DNA of 39,849 nt, from the NCBI RefSeq assembly GCF_001194135.2, contig NC_069001.1, positions 29,444,457 to 29,484,305 of the forward strand, given 5' to 3'. How positions within the stretch are numbered: the first letter of the stretch is position 1; every line of letters starts with the position of its first letter. The notes beneath the pieces were generated by a model, which ran no database searches, was not told the DNA's origin, and worked only from the letters and a program-made list of their open reading frames with translations. Both the position numbers and the translations under genes were made by a program. This DNA is from Octopus bimaculoides (taxonomy: Eukaryota). This document shows positions 37,353 through 39,849 of the stretch, piece by piece.

Positions 37353-39800
37353 AGATTTGTTATTCATAGTGTTGGTGCTGGAGTACAAATGCAAGTGGCT
37401 ACAAAGAAACTACATAATGTGTCATTTTTTACACACACACACACTAGCACATACGCACACACAGATATACACACTAAAATAATCTACGGCAGAATTTGTG
37501 TTATACATTTTAAATTATTGTTGCATTTCTCGTGTTACTCTGCTTTGAAGTAATGTTTTCAGTGCGGTGTATTTCGTTGGAAATTATCCTCCGCTTCAGT
37601 TACTGTTAAATAAATAGTACTATTATAGACTATAAAATAGATTTCATAAGCAACGTTCACAAAATTATAAGCTTCCCTGAAGATATTTCTTGTCGAATCT
37701 CTTCTCTCAACTTCCCCGTTCCCTTGTTCAATGTTATTTTTACGTTTTCAGTATTAGTCTATCTGACTATACTACTCTCGTTATTAAGCCTAGCACTAGA
37801 TCTGACGGATTTATTTCAGCATCCTTCTTTCATTTCTGTTCTCTGACCATCCACATTTACGCATTTTGTATATTTTATACATTTTGTTTCAAAAAGCATG
37901 GTATATACCTGAATATATGTACACACACTTTTTTGTAAAAAAAAATTGATAATGCTCATAAAAAAAGAAGAGAATAAACACACATCTACCCTCAGATTAT
38001 GAAATCGCTCTATCATTTCATAAATGGGAGAATATTACATGTCGTGCTGTAACAAGAATATATATGAAATTCAGCATTTTGTATCTATACCGTTTTTGAT
38101 GATATATAAGCTCGTTCAGGGCAAATTTTTGTCTACTCTACAGCGAATCTACATTCAATTACATTCTTCATTTCATAAAAATAGAAACGATACGTATATG
38201 TGGGAAACACGTGGGCATAGAGCTTTTTTTTTATTCTAATATCATCAAAATCTAATTCGATTTCTCTATACCACACATACAGCATATTGCTGTCACAATT
38301 TCTCTGTATTTACAATCATGACTGTTGATGGTCATTCAAAGTTCATATTGAATTTGATGTGCGTTTGTCTGTTATATATATATATATATATATATNNNNN
38401 NNNNNNNNNNNNNNNNNNNNNNNNNNNNNNNNNNNNNNNNNNNNNGTATATATATATATATATATACATATATTAAAAATACATTAGATATTTTAACTGC
38501 ATATAATTTAAAATAGAGAAATATCCAGTGCCCCCTCCAGAATTATTAGGCGGTTATTGAACCGGTAAGAAATGAAATAACCGGGTCTGTGACAAACATG
38601 CGCAATCACCACGAAGAGTAACATATTGATAACATAGTCACTAATATGCAAAATGATGTTATATTTACTGCCGAAACATATTTAAGTACAGTTCTGCTTG
38701 ATATGCGAAAACCTGAGGCATATTAAAAGCCAGAGAAACTAAAGAAATAGTCTGTTTTGATTTACATGTGTGTTATTATGCCTTCTTAATTTTTCGATAG
38801 ATATGTATGTAATTTTACAAGATAATATTGGGCTGAAATTCAAGACATCACCTAAGGGATTTAACAGGTGCTATGGTTAATAAGGTACCATAGCGAATCT
38901 ATACAGGTAAATTTAGTGTATTCAATCGATGTAATGATAATAACATACACCAGTGCCATGGTTTGTTACGACGTCAGTAATCAAGTTTTCGATTAGGATT
39001 CTATAGCATTATTTGTAAGAGCTTCGCTAAAAATATCAATACGACTTGCCACATTGTTAATGATTTACGCTATCAAATATCCAACGAAATTTCCATTATT
39101 TCTCTTTCGTTGTTCGCTGGTGTCCCTGCATTGATATAACTCAGCAGGATTATATCTTTATCACTCGTGTATTCAACGTTTCAATTCTATTGTTCCCCGC
39201 CCCCTCCTGACGCAAAATAAACATTTAGACAGTCCGGTATTTTTCCAATTCTTTACTATATTTTCATTTTAAAAAAATATTTGCTATTCTATACATATAT
39301 TAATTAATTTATATAATTATAATTGTAAGGCAATATCAGTAATCCTTTTACACAATTTTAAACTTGCTTTTTTTTCTGTTAATTTTATTCAGCTTCACAT
39401 TACAATTTATAATTACCATAGATTTTAGTAATTAAAATGCCACAGAGTTTTATAAATACTGCAATATCTCACAATCAAATCACCATGTTCTATCTCTCAT
39501 CTTTTCTCTCTTCAAATCATTTTAAATCTTCATCTCACTCAATGAATACCTACACATAAAGGCATCAATACCGGCACACAAACTCACACACACATACACG
39601 CGCGCACCTCGCACACAAATACGATTTTCTATTTAAAGAAGATATTATATTCCACAAAAAAGAGGCTCCATGTGTGCTATTTCTAACAAAAACAAGAAGG
39701 AAATTAAGATTACGAAAGTTTAAAATTAATTAGTAATTACGTTAACCATCAAACAAGATACACCCAAAATACAGACACACGCAGATATATACACACACCT

Positions 39801-39849
<49 letters not shown>

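Noticed and set aside
373-37482. Most ORFs in the supplied track (poly-YI, HT, VC, RE, I/L/M runs and X-filled frames)
   Set aside because: They are translations of microsatellites or N gaps, with no domain signatures.
38531-38908. Short plus-strand AG...GT exon-like pieces (24 nt and 39 nt)
   Set aside because: Such matches are expected by chance in 40 kb of AT-rich DNA, and the peptides are uninformative.
1-39849. CRISPR arrays, rRNA genes, operons or other prokaryotic systems
   Set aside because: No regularly spaced repeat-spacer arrays, rRNA motifs or gene-dense regions; the sequence is eukaryotic non-coding DNA.

Overview
Eukaryotic, very AT-rich, microsatellite-dense scaffold with N gaps at about 468-722, 8867-8876, 12272-12371, 15130-15160, 23395-23406, 26007-26016, 27158-27361, 36710-37352 and 38396-38445. 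The SINE and MITE families resemble those I recall from Octopus genomes, so the source is probably a coleoid cephalopod (inference, not checked by search). No complete protein-coding gene is recognisable, and most ORFs in the supplied track are translations of (TA)n, (CA)n or trinucleotide repeats. Supported features: several tRNA-derived SINEs from at least four families, an RTE-clade LINE fragment, a mariner-derived fragment, two convergent Penelope-like GIY-YIG endonuclease remnants, a fold-back element, a D-arm-less tRNA-like relic and scattered exon-like segments. The most notable signal is a tRNA-headed SINE-like family whose 3' part carries a minimal Penelope-type hammerhead ribozyme motif. 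It is present in three degenerate copies, two of which form an inverted pair. A diverged tandem duplication containing two 52-nt exon-like cassettes is the second lead.
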